Below are positions 9,579-19,096 of a stretch of DNA of 32,324 bases, in pieces. Each line of letters starts with the position of its first letter. Within the stretch, counting starts at the first letter, position 1. The notes under the pieces are model-generated. The model did not search any database. It saw only the letters and a list, made by a program, of their open reading frames with translations, and was not told the origin of the DNA. Source of the DNA: Alphaproteobacteria bacterium (GTDB taxonomy: Bacteria > Pseudomonadota > Alphaproteobacteria > Caedimonadales > UBA9215); the NCBI GenBank assembly GCA_024280495.1, contig JAJRPZ010000098.1:1-32324 (forward strand). The letters are read 5' to 3'. Position numbers and translations under genes: made by a program.

Positions 9579-10970
9579 TTATTTTCCTACCTTCATAGCT
9601 GATTTTTTTTGTTTTTTTATAGCACGAATTTGTGGCGCTTTCTTTTCAAAATTTTTTTGGGGCACGCGACTCAAGGCAAGGGCATCATCGTCAACATCCT
9701 TGGAAATTGTACTAGATGCTCCAATAATAGCATTGTCACCTATGGTAACAGGTGCAATCAAACAAGTGTTGGATCCGATGAAAGCACCAACCCCAATGGT
9801 TGTTCTATGCTTAAGAAAACCATCATAATTACAGGTAATTGTCCCTGCACCTATATTAGCTTTCTCACCAATAGAAGCATCGCCAACATAAGAAAGGTGA
9901 CTCACTTTTGCCCCCTTAGAGAGAGTTGAATTTTTAATTTCAACAAAATTACCAACTTTGGCACATTCTCCAACAATGGTTCCAGGACGAAGTCTTGCAA
10001 AGGGCCCAATAACGGCATTATTTTCAATAAGAGATCCCTCAATATGAGAGTAAGCTTTAATGGTTGCGCCCGATTTGACGCGAACCTTTGATCCAAAAAA
10101 AACATTAGGTTCGAGAAAGACATCTTTTTCAACAATGGTATCATGATAAAAGAAAACCGTCTCAGGGGAAACCATGGTCACCCCTAATAACATGGTTTGT
10201 TTGCGGCGCATTTTTTGATAACGAGCTTCTGCAATACTTAACTCAAGCCTTGTATTAATGCCCTCAGTATCTTCAAAGGGCACTCTTAGGGCTTGAACTG
10301 ACAAACCCGCTTTCTTTGCGACGATCACTGCATCCGTTAGGTAATACTCTCCAGATTCTTTTTGCAATTCTATATTTGGAAGACAATTTTTCAGGCCCCC
10401 CCCTTTGAAAGCCATGATACCCGAATTACAAAAAGTAATTTTCTTTTGATCAACGGTTGCATGTTTATCTTCAACAATGCACTCAAGGGCACCAGAGGTA
10501 TCGCAAACAAGGCGACCATAAGATTTCACATCTGGCGGCACCATACCTGCAACAAGAATTTCAGTGTTTTTAATGGCATCTGCAACTTGAGAAATGGTTT
10601 CGGGGCGAATTAAGGGCGTATCTCCAAACAAAACCATGATTGAATCTTGAGGTTTAATATGAGAGTTCATCTCTTGAAGAGCTGATTTCACAGCATCAGC
10701 CGTCCCTTTTTGCCTTTCTTGAATAGCAACGATAATATTAGAATCCTGAGATATAATAAAATCAGATATTAAAGAATCGTCAGAGCCAACCACAACGCAT
10801 GTTCTGCCTTCAGCTTCTTGAGTCGAATATTTTTTAAAATAATCACGGGACGATTTTAGGACATGGCCAATGAGGGGGAGTCCAGCAACAGTATGCATAA
10901 CTTTTGGAAGCACGGATTTCATCCGCGTTCCATTTCCAGCTGCTAAAACAATAAAATGTATTTTAGACAA
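9579..10970 (-). CDS. glmU: Bifunctional UDP-GlcNAc pyrophosphorylase / GlcN-1-P N-acetyltransferase
   Basis: LAAGNGTRMKS, GEYYLTD, hexapeptide repeats, GNFVEIK, HLSYVGDA, GAGTITCNYDG; TTG start with AAGGA upstream. Confidence 0.97.
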   Translation of the reverse strand: MSKIHFIVLAAGNGTRMKSVLPKVMHTVAGLPLIGHVLKSSRDYFKKYSTQEAEGRTCVVVGSDDSLISDFIISQDSNIIVAIQERQKGTADAVKSALQEMNSHIKPQDSIMVLFGDTPLIRPETISQVADAIKNTEILVAGMVPPDVKSYGRLVCDTSGALECIVEDKHATVDQKKITFCNSGIMAFKGGGLKNCLPNIELQKESGEYYLTDAVIVAKKAGLSVQALRVPFEDTEGINTRLELSIAEARYQKMRRKQTMLLGVTMVSPETVFFYHDTIVEKDVFLEPNVFFGSKVRVKSGATIKAYSHIEGSLIENNAVIGPFARLRPGTIVGECAKVGNFVEIKNSTLSKGAKVSHLSYVGDASIGEKANIGAGTITCNYDGFLKHRTTIGVGAFIGSNTCLIAPVTIGDNAIIGASSTISKDVDDDALALSRVPQKNFEKKAPQIRAIKKQKKSAMKVGK

Positions 10971-11165
10971 AAAACAAATCCTTCTGGTTTAAAGCTACAC
11001 ATGCTTAAATCTCTTTTACTTTATGTAACATTTTTTCTTATCTATTCCCAATAATTATATTGTGACAAAATATTACAAACGCCGTTTCAGAAATGAAGTG
11101 CGTCATTTTGAGGAAGTGAAAAGTCAGGTATTCGTCTAAACTTAAAAATGATTAGCTATAACCTT

Positions 11166-12062
11166 TCAGGAAGCTTTGCTGCCTTGTGCTGATTGCATCA
11201 CAGAAAGCATAGTCTTGCCAATATTAGCAGGAGAATCAGACATCACAATACCCGCTTTTTTCATGGCTTGAATTTTACTGACGGCTGTACCTTCTCCGCC
11301 AGAAACTATAGCACCCGCATGACCCATGCGTCGCCCCTCAGGAGCCGTTACACCAGCAATAAAACCAACCATAGGTTTTTTAATGGCATGGACCTTAACG
11401 AGTTCTGCGGCTTCTTCCTCGGCGGTTCCGCCAATTTCTCCAATCATCACGATACCGTGGGTATCAGGATCATTCAAAAAGAGTTCAATACAATCCGTAA
11501 AAGTCGTCCCTGGGATAGGATCCCCACCAATACCAATGCAGGTAGATTGACCAAGACCAACTTTTGTTGTTTGCCATACGGCTTCATAAGTCAACGTCCC
11601 CGAGCGTGATACAATACCAATTTTACCAGGGGTGTGAATATGGCCTGGCATAATGCCGATTTTACACTCACCAGGGGTAATGATTCCTGGACAATTTGGA
11701 CCTATCAAACGAGACTTTGAATGGGCTAGGGCTTCCTTGACCTGCACCATATCCTGAATGGGGATTCCTTCAGTGATACAATTGATTAAGGGGATGCCCG
11801 CATCAATGGCTTCGAGAATAGCATCGGCTGCAAAAGGAGGTGGTACGTAAATAACAGTGGCATCTGCGTGGGTTGCTGCCATGGCTTCTTTTACCGTATT
11901 GAAAACGGGTAAAGTCAAATGTGTTGTTCCCCCTTTACCAGGAGTCACCCCACCCACCATTTTCGTACCATAAGCAATGGCCTGTTCAGAATGAAAAGTG
12001 CCTTGAGCACCCGTAAAACCTTGGCAAATAACTTTGGTGGATTTATTAACTAGAACACTCAT
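11166..12062 (-). CDS. sucD: Succinate--CoA ligase subunit alpha
   Basis: [35 protein letters not shown] (phospho-His). Confidence 0.99.
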   Translation of the reverse strand: MSVLVNKSTKVICQGFTGAQGTFHSEQAIAYGTKMVGGVTPGKGGTTHLTLPVFNTVKEAMAATHADATVIYVPPPFAADAILEAIDAGIPLINCITEGIPIQDMVQVKEALAHSKSRLIGPNCPGIITPGECKIGIMPGHIHTPGKIGIVSRSGTLTYEAVWQTTKVGLGQSTCIGIGGDPIPGTTFTDCIELFLNDPDTHGIVMIGEIGGTAEEEAAELVKVHAIKKPMVGFIAGVTAPEGRRMGHAGAIVSGGEGTAVSKIQAMKKAGIVMSDSPANIGKTMLSVMQSAQGSKAS

Positions 12063-12063
12063 A

Positions 12064-13233
12064 TTACGCGGCCTCTTTTACGGATTGAACAATCTTTTGT
12101 GCCGCATCCCCAAGGTCATCGGCAGCAATAATAGGCAATCCTGATTTTCTCAAAATCTCTTTTCCCTGATCAACATTGGTACCTTCAAGGCGCACAACAA
12201 GAGGCACGGAAAGATGAACTTCTTTTGCAGCAGCCACAACACCTTCTGCGATAATATCGCAACGCATAATACCACCGAAAATATTAACAAGAATACCTTC
12301 AACATTTTTATCGGAAAGAATCAACTTAAAGGCCGTGGTAACACGTTCCCGCGTGGCGCCCCCTCCAACATCTAGAAAATTCGCAGGCTCGGCCCCAAAC
12401 AACTTAATCACATCCATGGTCGCCATGGCAAGACCAGCACCATTCACCATACAGCCGATATTACCATCAAGTTTGATATAACTGAGCTCATGTTTATTGG
12501 CTTCGTACTCAGAGGGATCCTCCTCATCCAAATCACGTAAATCTTCGATCTCCTTATGGCGATAAAGAGCATTATCATCAAAATCAACCTTGGCATCCAA
12601 AGCTAAGCAATGGCCGTCGGTGGTCACCGCAAAGGGATTTATTTCAATCAAATTGGCATCATAATAACAATAAGTCTTATAAATACCTTTAATAAGATTT
12701 GCAGCTTTAAGGGCGGTTTTACCCTCAAGCCCAAGGGAAAAAGCAATATCTCTGCCAATATAATCTTGATAACCTAGGCTTGGATTAATGGTGACTTTCT
12801 TGATTTTTTCAGGGGTTTTGGCAGCAACTTCTTCGATATCCATACCACCAGCTTGGGACGCTACAAATGTTAAACGCCCTTGGGACCGATCCAAAAGGAG
12901 ACTGAGATACAGTTCTTTTTCAATTGAACAGGCCTTTTCAATATAAAGACGTTTTACCAGCTGACCTTCAGTCCCTGTTTGAGGCGTCACAAGGGTCATG
13001 CCTAAAATTTGATCTGCATATTGACGGACATCATCCAGAGACTTGGCGATTTTAACACCGCCTCCCTTACCACGACCACCAGCATGAATTTGAGCTTTCA
13101 CAGCAAATACTGTGCCGCCCAAATCTTTTGCAACCTTAACGGCCTCATCAACGGTGAACGCCACGCGCCCTTCGCTAATGGGGACGCCAAATTTATTCAT
13201 TAACTGCTTTGCTTGATATTCATGGATCTTCAT
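12064..13233 (-). CDS. sucC: Succinate--CoA ligase (ADP-forming) subunit beta
   Basis: [53 protein letters not shown]. Confidence 0.99.
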   Translation of the reverse strand: MKIHEYQAKQLMNKFGVPISEGRVAFTVDEAVKVAKDLGGTVFAVKAQIHAGGRGKGGGVKIAKSLDDVRQYADQILGMTLVTPQTGTEGQLVKRLYIEKACSIEKELYLSLLLDRSQGRLTFVASQAGGMDIEEVAAKTPEKIKKVTINPSLGYQDYIGRDIAFSLGLEGKTALKAANLIKGIYKTYCYYDANLIEINPFAVTTDGHCLALDAKVDFDDNALYRHKEIEDLRDLDEEDPSEYEANKHELSYIKLDGNIGCMVNGAGLAMATMDVIKLFGAEPANFLDVGGGATRERVTTAFKLILSDKNVEGILVNIFGGIMRCDIIAEGVVAAAKEVHLSVPLVVRLEGTNVDQGKEILRKSGLPIIAADDLGDAAQKIVQSVKEAA

Positions 13234-13256
13234 TCTTCAACATCCTTTCAGGCTGC

Positions 13257-14246
<990 letters not shown>

Positions 14247-14263
14247 TTATTCTTGTGCAACTC

Positions 14264-14272
14264 AGTATAACA
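14264..14272 (-). promoter_or_regulatory. Candidate extended -10 promoter of mdh-sucCD
   Basis: TGTTATACT (TGn+TATACT) on the minus strand, ~48 nt upstream of the mdh ATG; no convincing -35. Confidence 0.35.
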
Positions 14273-14324
14273 GCTCTTTTATCATAACGCCACCAACCTC
14301 AAATCACATATTCTCAGAAAAACG

Positions 14325-14532
14325 GTCTATTAAAAATAGGTTCAGTCTAGGAGCGAAGGACCAACACTTATAATACCAATCACTGGAAATAAGTAACAAA
14401 TTTTATTCTTTATACTGAGACACTATTCTTATATATTGGCCAGATTGTTTTAATAATTATTTATAGTGATTGCTATAACTTATAGGCGCTAGAGTGATTG
14501 ACGACGTCTGAGATATTTTCGAAACAACAACA
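14325..14532 (-). repeat. Palindromic element family A, copy 1 (degenerate, split by a nested insertion)
   Basis: Reverse complement of 14474-14532 is TGTTGTTGTTTCGAAAATATCTCAGACGTCGTCAATCACTCTAGCGCCTATAAGTTATA (left half). Reverse complement of ~14325-14372 is TATAAGTGTTGGTCCTTCGCTCCTAGACTGAACCTATTTTTAATAGAC (right half). Both align to the 18411 and 25869 copies. Confidence 0.85.
14371..14477. mobile_element. MITE-like element B nested in the centre of family A copy 1
   Basis: ATACCAATCACTGGAAATAAGTA (14373-14395) matches the reverse complement of 14454-14476, ATAGCAATCACTATAAATAATTA, at 19/23 positions. TATA is present at both junctions (14369-14372, 14474-14477). Confidence 0.7.
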
Positions 14533-14579
14533 GAACCCTCTGCGCAAGGGGTAGAAAAAGTATTTTCCAGAGGGTTCTA
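14532..14579. repeat. Short inverted-repeat element directly after the porin stop (mini-MITE or terminator-like)
   Basis: AGAACCCTCTG (14532-14542) and CAGAGGGTTCT (14568-14578) form an 11-bp perfect IR with a 25-nt spacer. Confidence 0.55.
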
Positions 14580-14593
14580 TAGAATAGCCTCCT

Positions 14594-15952
14594 TTAAAAG
14601 GAGACTGAAGTACCAATAATGAAGGCGCGGCCAGCGTTGTTACCAACAAAATCAGTACCCTTTCCTGCAGCGACACTCCAAGCTTCAGCACCAGGCTTAT
14701 TGGATTGTTTAAAGTCAAAAGAGGTTGCTTCTGCATACACTTTCAAGCCTTTTGCAAGTTTATAGTCATAAGATATAGATAAAACATTCGCACGAACATT
14801 ACCAAAATCTGTCACAGCAGCAGTTGCAGCTTTACCCAACTTACGTTTACTGTGCAGGTAACCAGCAGTAACGCCATGACGTCCCTTTTGATATCCAAGG
14901 GCAACGCTATACATGCGACCAGCATCACCCCCAACTACAGTGTGGGTGACTCCTACCTCTTTATAGGATATTAACCCAAGACTATTTCCGTTATTAAGAT
15001 ATTCTCCACCAAAGGAAAAACCAGCATAGGACAAAACAAAGCCAAGGGCATAAGAACGAATATCATCAAAAACCTGCCCCCCAACAGTAGCAGGTGCTAC
15101 AGGCGCGGCATTCGGTGAAATCGGTTTTAAACTACCAAACAGACCCGTTGCAGATAATTGCAAACCCAAACCATTGGCATAATCTTTTTTATAGTTCACG
15201 GCAACTTCTTGGATATTTTTTCCAGCAGGCGTTACAAGACCAGCTTTTGCAGCAGTCAAAGAGTTTAGTTTTGCTTCTCCAGAATGTTCCCCATCAGGAG
15301 TAAAACTCCAACCAATTTGAAATCCTTCGATACGCGGGGTGATTAAAGTGATTTTTGTGCGGTCCTTACCGTGGCCAACAGGATCATTTTTTACAACGGC
15401 ACCAGAAGTGATATTAGCGATATTTTTATAGTTACCAGTTACACCGCCTGTTCCCCTTTTAAAGGTAAAACCACCAACGGACATAAAGTCTGTGACACCG
15501 CGGTGCACCCCCCCCATGAATGTCCCCCACCTATGTTTGAGTTTTATGCGGTTTTCTTCGACAGCAGTTTTATTGTCTTCTGTATTACCAGTCAATCCAA
15601 TCAAAAAACTATACTCTAAACAGTCAAGACGGTGGTCTGCTTTACCCAGAACTTCAAAATTAATGCGAGAATAAGAAACATCAAAATGGGTCGTACCCCC
15701 TTTTTTCCCGCGGACAGATTGATTAAAAGCATAAGCATTAAAAGAGGTTCCTCCTGAAATTTCAAGACCAGGAGTCGTAGCCAAGGACATTGGCGTTGCT
15801 GTTATATCGCCAGCAACTCGAATACCGCCCCCTTTAAGGTTAATATCTTTAGAGCCTTTATTAGCATGAGCAGAAAAGACTTCTGGGGAAAGGGCCAGGG
15901 CAATTGAAACAAGGGATGCTGACAATAAATAACGCGACATTTTATATTCCAT
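14594..15952 (-). CDS. Gram-negative porin family outer membrane protein
   Basis: Signal peptide, alternating amphipathic beta strands, TKITLITPRIEGFQIGWSFTP, DYKLAKGLKVYAE, terminal Phe (GTSVSF). The start may be the second Met (15940). Confidence 0.88.
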   Translation of the reverse strand: MEYKMSRYLLSASLVSIALALSPEVFSAHANKGSKDINLKGGGIRVAGDITATPMSLATTPGLEISGGTSFNAYAFNQSVRGKKGGTTHFDVSYSRINFEVLGKADHRLDCLEYSFLIGLTGNTEDNKTAVEENRIKLKHRWGTFMGGVHRGVTDFMSVGGFTFKRGTGGVTGNYKNIANITSGAVVKNDPVGHGKDRTKITLITPRIEGFQIGWSFTPDGEHSGEAKLNSLTAAKAGLVTPAGKNIQEVAVNYKKDYANGLGLQLSATGLFGSLKPISPNAAPVAPATVGGQVFDDIRSYALGFVLSYAGFSFGGEYLNNGNSLGLISYKEVGVTHTVVGGDAGRMYSVALGYQKGRHGVTAGYLHSKRKLGKAATAAVTDFGNVRANVLSISYDYKLAKGLKVYAEATSFDFKQSNKPGAEAWSVAAGKGTDFVGNNAGRAFIIGTSVSF

Positions 15953-15977
15953 TTTTTTGTTTTTTTATAAGCCACAT

Positions 15978-16007
15978 ATTTTAAACAGAATTTTATAAAG
16001 TCTGCAA
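15978..16007 (-). promoter_or_regulatory. Candidate sigma70 promoter of the porin
   Basis: TTGCAG (16007-16002), N18, TAAAAT (15983-15978) on the minus strand. Confidence 0.4.
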
Positions 16008-16183
16008 GGAAGATTGAATAAATTCAAGAAATATAGTTATTTTAAGGAGATTCCATACATACTTTATTGATGAAATATTTTGGCTCTGTCGCATCTGTTT
16101 ATTAAGGTTTGAAAAGGTCTAATTTGGAGAGATCCTACTCCACATTAAGCCATGAGCTCGACGAAGCTTTCGAAGGCTGATAA

Positions 16184-16648
16184 AAGTGTAATGAACTGAG
16201 TGATTTTAGTGGAGTTATGCGATATGGTAGATTGTATCAATTAGATATAAGGTTCCTTAAAGTAAGCATGTGCTGCCGAGTAATTTACCAGACATTTAAA
16301 AGTAACAGTCCTGAAGATATCCTCCAAGAGGAAATGATAATTGAGTCAGAAATTACAGCACCTACAAATTGTTTGGATTTCACCACAATAATTCTTCTCG
16401 TATAGTCAATTATCATGAGCGTCAAAAGTTAGGAAATGTCTTTACCAGTAACTTGGCAGAAAGCACGGTAGAGAGTCTTATTAATCAGAGGTGCAAAGGG
16501 CAGTAACACATGAGATGGTCAGAGACGACCTAAATCCATTACTACAACTCAGGGCAGCTTTGAATAGCACTGGAGAATGGCAAAACAAATGGAAAACTGC
16601 CATTTTAAACGCAAACTAACAAATAAAATCACTCAGTTCATTACACTT
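16184..16648 (+). mobile_element. Internally deleted ISKra4-like insertion sequence (non-autonomous)
   Basis: Perfect 25-bp TIRs AAGTGTAATGAACTGAGTGATTTTA (16184-16208) and TAAAATCACTCAGTTCATTACACTT (16624-16648) enclose transposase-like fragments. No target-site duplication is visible. Confidence 0.85.
16268..16619 (+). pseudogene. ISKra4-family transposase remnant
   Basis: From 16387: NNSSRIVNYHERQKLGNVFTSNLAESTVESLINQRCKGQ*HMRWS, then a frameshift to RDDLNPLLQLRAALNSTGEWQNKWKTAILNAN*. This matches the recalled ISKra4 C-terminal pattern NY..R...G..I.S...ES.V...I..R.K..Q.MRW..G...LLQ.R. In-frame TAA at 16504-16506. 16268-16384 (MCCRVIYQ...PTNCLDFT) is the presumed N-terminus. Confidence 0.78.
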
Positions 16649-16651
16649 CCT

Positions 16652-17443
16652 TCAATAATAGACATCTTCAAAATATAGCCCTGATGCATCGGCTGTGGGA
16701 CCAGATTTCGTACGATTTTTTAAATCAAGAGCAATTTTCACATCATTTGGTGTCCAGCGTCCTTCCCCAACCAACTTTAATGTCCCGACAATATTACGGA
16801 CTTGATGGTGTAAAAATGAAGGTGCTTCAACATGAAGAGAAAAAACGTCACCTTCTTGGGTAATATCAATTTTATTCAATGTTTTAATAGGGGACTTAGA
16901 CTGGCAAGCTGACGCTCTAAAAGACGTGAAATCATGGCGACCGATGAGATACATAGCCCCTTCTTGCATGGCTTTTAAATCAAGGGGTTTATAGATATAC
17001 CACGCTCTATTCTTATCAAGGGCCAAGGGAGAAACTCTAGAAATAATTTTATAAATATAAGATCGTTTTTTTGCTGAAAACCTGGCATGAAAGTCGGGAG
17101 GACTTTTTTCAGCCTTTAAAATGCGGATACTATCATCGGTTAAGTAATAATTAAGGGCACGAAGGATCTGATAAGAACGACATCCTTTCTCTCTTTTTTC
17201 TTTTAGAGAGCCCTCATCAAGATCGAAATGCGCGACCTGGCGCAAGGCATGGACTCCAGCGTCCGTGCGCCCAGAACAATAAACATAAGTTTCCTGTTGG
17301 CAATATTGATAAATGGCTTTTTCAATTTGACCTTGAATGGTTTTAAGCCCTGGTTGACGTTGCCAGCCAGCATATCCTGTTCCCGCATACTCGATGGTAA
17401 TTTTATATCTTTGGTGGAGGGCAGAGGCGACTAAGTCTGACAT
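16652..17443 (-). CDS. truA: tRNA pseudouridine(38-40) synthase
   Basis: IEYAGTGYAGWQRQ, SGRTDAGVHA, FHARFSA, GRHDFTSFR, FLHHQVR. Confidence 0.98.
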   Translation of the reverse strand: MSDLVASALHQRYKITIEYAGTGYAGWQRQPGLKTIQGQIEKAIYQYCQQETYVYCSGRTDAGVHALRQVAHFDLDEGSLKEKREKGCRSYQILRALNYYLTDDSIRILKAEKSPPDFHARFSAKKRSYIYKIISRVSPLALDKNRAWYIYKPLDLKAMQEGAMYLIGRHDFTSFRASACQSKSPIKTLNKIDITQEGDVFSLHVEAPSFLHHQVRNIVGTLKLVGEGRWTPNDVKIALDLKNRTKSGPTADASGLYFEDVYY

Positions 17444-17445
17444 CG

Positions 17446-18378
17446 CTATTTCTCAACACAGTCAGTGGAACAAGGTTTATATCCATTAATAAAAGAAACC
17501 ATATCCATGGGTTTTTTCCCTGGTAGCTGAAGCTCTTTTACTTCAAGGACCCCCTTAGAACATCCAATAAAAAAACTGGTTTTAGTCACATAAAAGGCAC
17601 CAGGATCTATATGAGTAATATTAGGTGCAGTGGATGCTTGCAAAACTTTTATTTGCTTGCCCTGCCAAGTAAAATGAGACCCTGGCCAAGGGGTAAAAGC
17701 ACGTACTTGACGCTCTAACACCTCCGCTGGTTTTGTAAAATCAAGGAGGGCCTCAGATTTTTCCAATTTATGAGCATAGGTTGCACGTTCATTATCTTGC
17801 TTTTCAGGCTGCCATTTTCCATGATTATCTAAAAGTTCAATAAGCATTTCTGCCCCTAGAACAGAAAGCTGATCATGTAGTGATTGCCCCGTTGTTTCAG
17901 GTCTTATGGCAACACTTTCTTTCAAGAGCATATCACCCGTATCAAGGCCGACATCCATTTGCATCAAGGTAATACCCGTTTCAGTATCACCTTCTAAAAT
18001 AGAACGGTGTACGGGAGCAGCACCACGCCACCTTGGCAAAAGAGAACCATGGATATTAATGCAACCGTAGGATGGCGCCTCGAGAATTTCCTTTGGCAAT
18101 AGAAGGCCATAGGCCGCAACGACACCAAGATCAGCCCCAAGATTTTTAAAGTCTTTCTGCACCTCATCGTTGCGCAATAATTTGGGTGTAAAAACAGGAA
18201 TATTATAGTGATCTGCCAGTTGATGAACGGGGGTTTTTGTCAGCTTATGGCCGCGGCCACTTGGCTTTGGGGGTTGCGCGTACACGCCCACAACGGTGTG
18301 GAACGAGTTAATTAAAGCCGTCAAAGCGGGTACAGCAAAATCTGGTGTGCCCATAAAAATAATATTCAAAGATGACAT
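17446..18378 (-). CDS. fmt: Methionyl-tRNA formyltransferase
   Basis: IIFMGTPDFA, VVAAYGLLLP, CINIHGSLLPRWRGAAP, MDVGLDTGD. Confidence 0.98.
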   Translation of the reverse strand: MSSLNIIFMGTPDFAVPALTALINSFHTVVGVYAQPPKPSGRGHKLTKTPVHQLADHYNIPVFTPKLLRNDEVQKDFKNLGADLGVVAAYGLLLPKEILEAPSYGCINIHGSLLPRWRGAAPVHRSILEGDTETGITLMQMDVGLDTGDMLLKESVAIRPETTGQSLHDQLSVLGAEMLIELLDNHGKWQPEKQDNERATYAHKLEKSEALLDFTKPAEVLERQVRAFTPWPGSHFTWQGKQIKVLQASTAPNITHIDPGAFYVTKTSFFIGCSKGVLEVKELQLPGKKPMDMVSFINGYKPCSTDCVEK

Positions 18379-18410
18379 GTATAAGTTTCTTTTCTCACTC
18401 TTTCTCTATA

Positions 18411-18515
18411 TATAGTCATTCCCAAAAGGTTCCAGACGTCGTCAATCACTCCCGTACCTATAATTATAGGCATTGGTCCCTCGCTCCTAGGCGGGAACCT
18501 TTTGGGAATGACTAT
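18411..18515 (+). repeat. Palindromic element family A, copy 2 (intact)
   Basis: 22-bp perfect TIR ATAGTCATTCCCAAAAGGTTCC (18412-18433) / GGAACCTTTTGGGAATGACTAT (18494-18515) and a central 14-bp palindrome CCTATAATTATAGG (18457-18470); 105 bp, between def and fmt. Confidence 0.93.
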
Positions 18516-18516
18516 G

Positions 18517-19092
18517 CTAATCAACTATAGCTTCTTTTTGACGCAAAATTGCTTCTTTTTTAGCTTTCTGAACCAAAATTCTACGTTTCATATCCGATAA
18601 ATAATCAATGAACAAAATGCCATTTAAATGATCAATTTCATGTTGAATGCAATCCCCTAAGAGCCCTGTGCCCGTCAGAGTTTTCTTCTCACCGTTTTCA
18701 TCCAGAAATTCAATGGTTACGGATTCATAACGGGTAATTTCTGCGTATTGCCCAGGTACGGAAAGGCAACCTTCTCTGGACATAACTTCTGAATCAGAAT
18801 GTGAAATGATAACTGGATTGACAAGTTTATAAACCGTACAATGGGTGCAACTTCCCTCTTCATCATGATCATGGTCCTCATCGGAAGGAATATCCATGAC
18901 AACAAGACGCTTATTCAGTGCAAATTGTGTTGCTGCTAACCCAATACCATCCTCTTTTCGCATGGTTACCATCATGCGATCAAGAATATGACGAATTTCA
19001 TCATCCACTTCAGAAACAATATCTGCTTTAACCTTTAAACGATGATCTGGCACCGTCAAAAGGGTATAGGGAAGTAAAGTACTTTGAGTCAT
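18517..19092 (-). CDS. def: Peptide deformylase
   Basis: GIGLAATQ, EGCLSVP and QHEIDHLNG motifs intact; upstream of fmt. Confidence 0.98.
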   Translation of the reverse strand: MTQSTLLPYTLLTVPDHRLKVKADIVSEVDDEIRHILDRMMVTMRKEDGIGLAATQFALNKRLVVMDIPSDEDHDHDEEGSCTHCTVYKLVNPVIISHSDSEVMSREGCLSVPGQYAEITRYESVTIEFLDENGEKKTLTGTGLLGDCIQHEIDHLNGILFIDYLSDMKRRILVQKAKKEAILRQKEAIVD

Positions 19093-19096
19093 ATTT

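Noticed and set aside
9578..11165. glmS ribozyme or leader RNA
   Set aside because: glmS starts 1 bp after the glmU stop, leaving no leader, and no ribozyme-like core is visible upstream of glmU.
14473..14736. 87-aa ORF ending DVVNHSSAYKL, similar to the DUF2155 tail
   Set aside because: It overlaps the porin 3' end out of frame, and the similarity is explained by palindromic element A, not by a paralogous gene.
16217..16405. 62-aa ORF as an intact small gene
   Set aside because: It lies within the IS TIRs and is better explained as the transposase N-terminal stub running past the deletion junction.
17170..17220. Short Lys/Glu-rich insertion in TruA as an in-frame repeat insertion
   Set aside because: It has no similarity to elements A or B and is consistent with ordinary loop variation.
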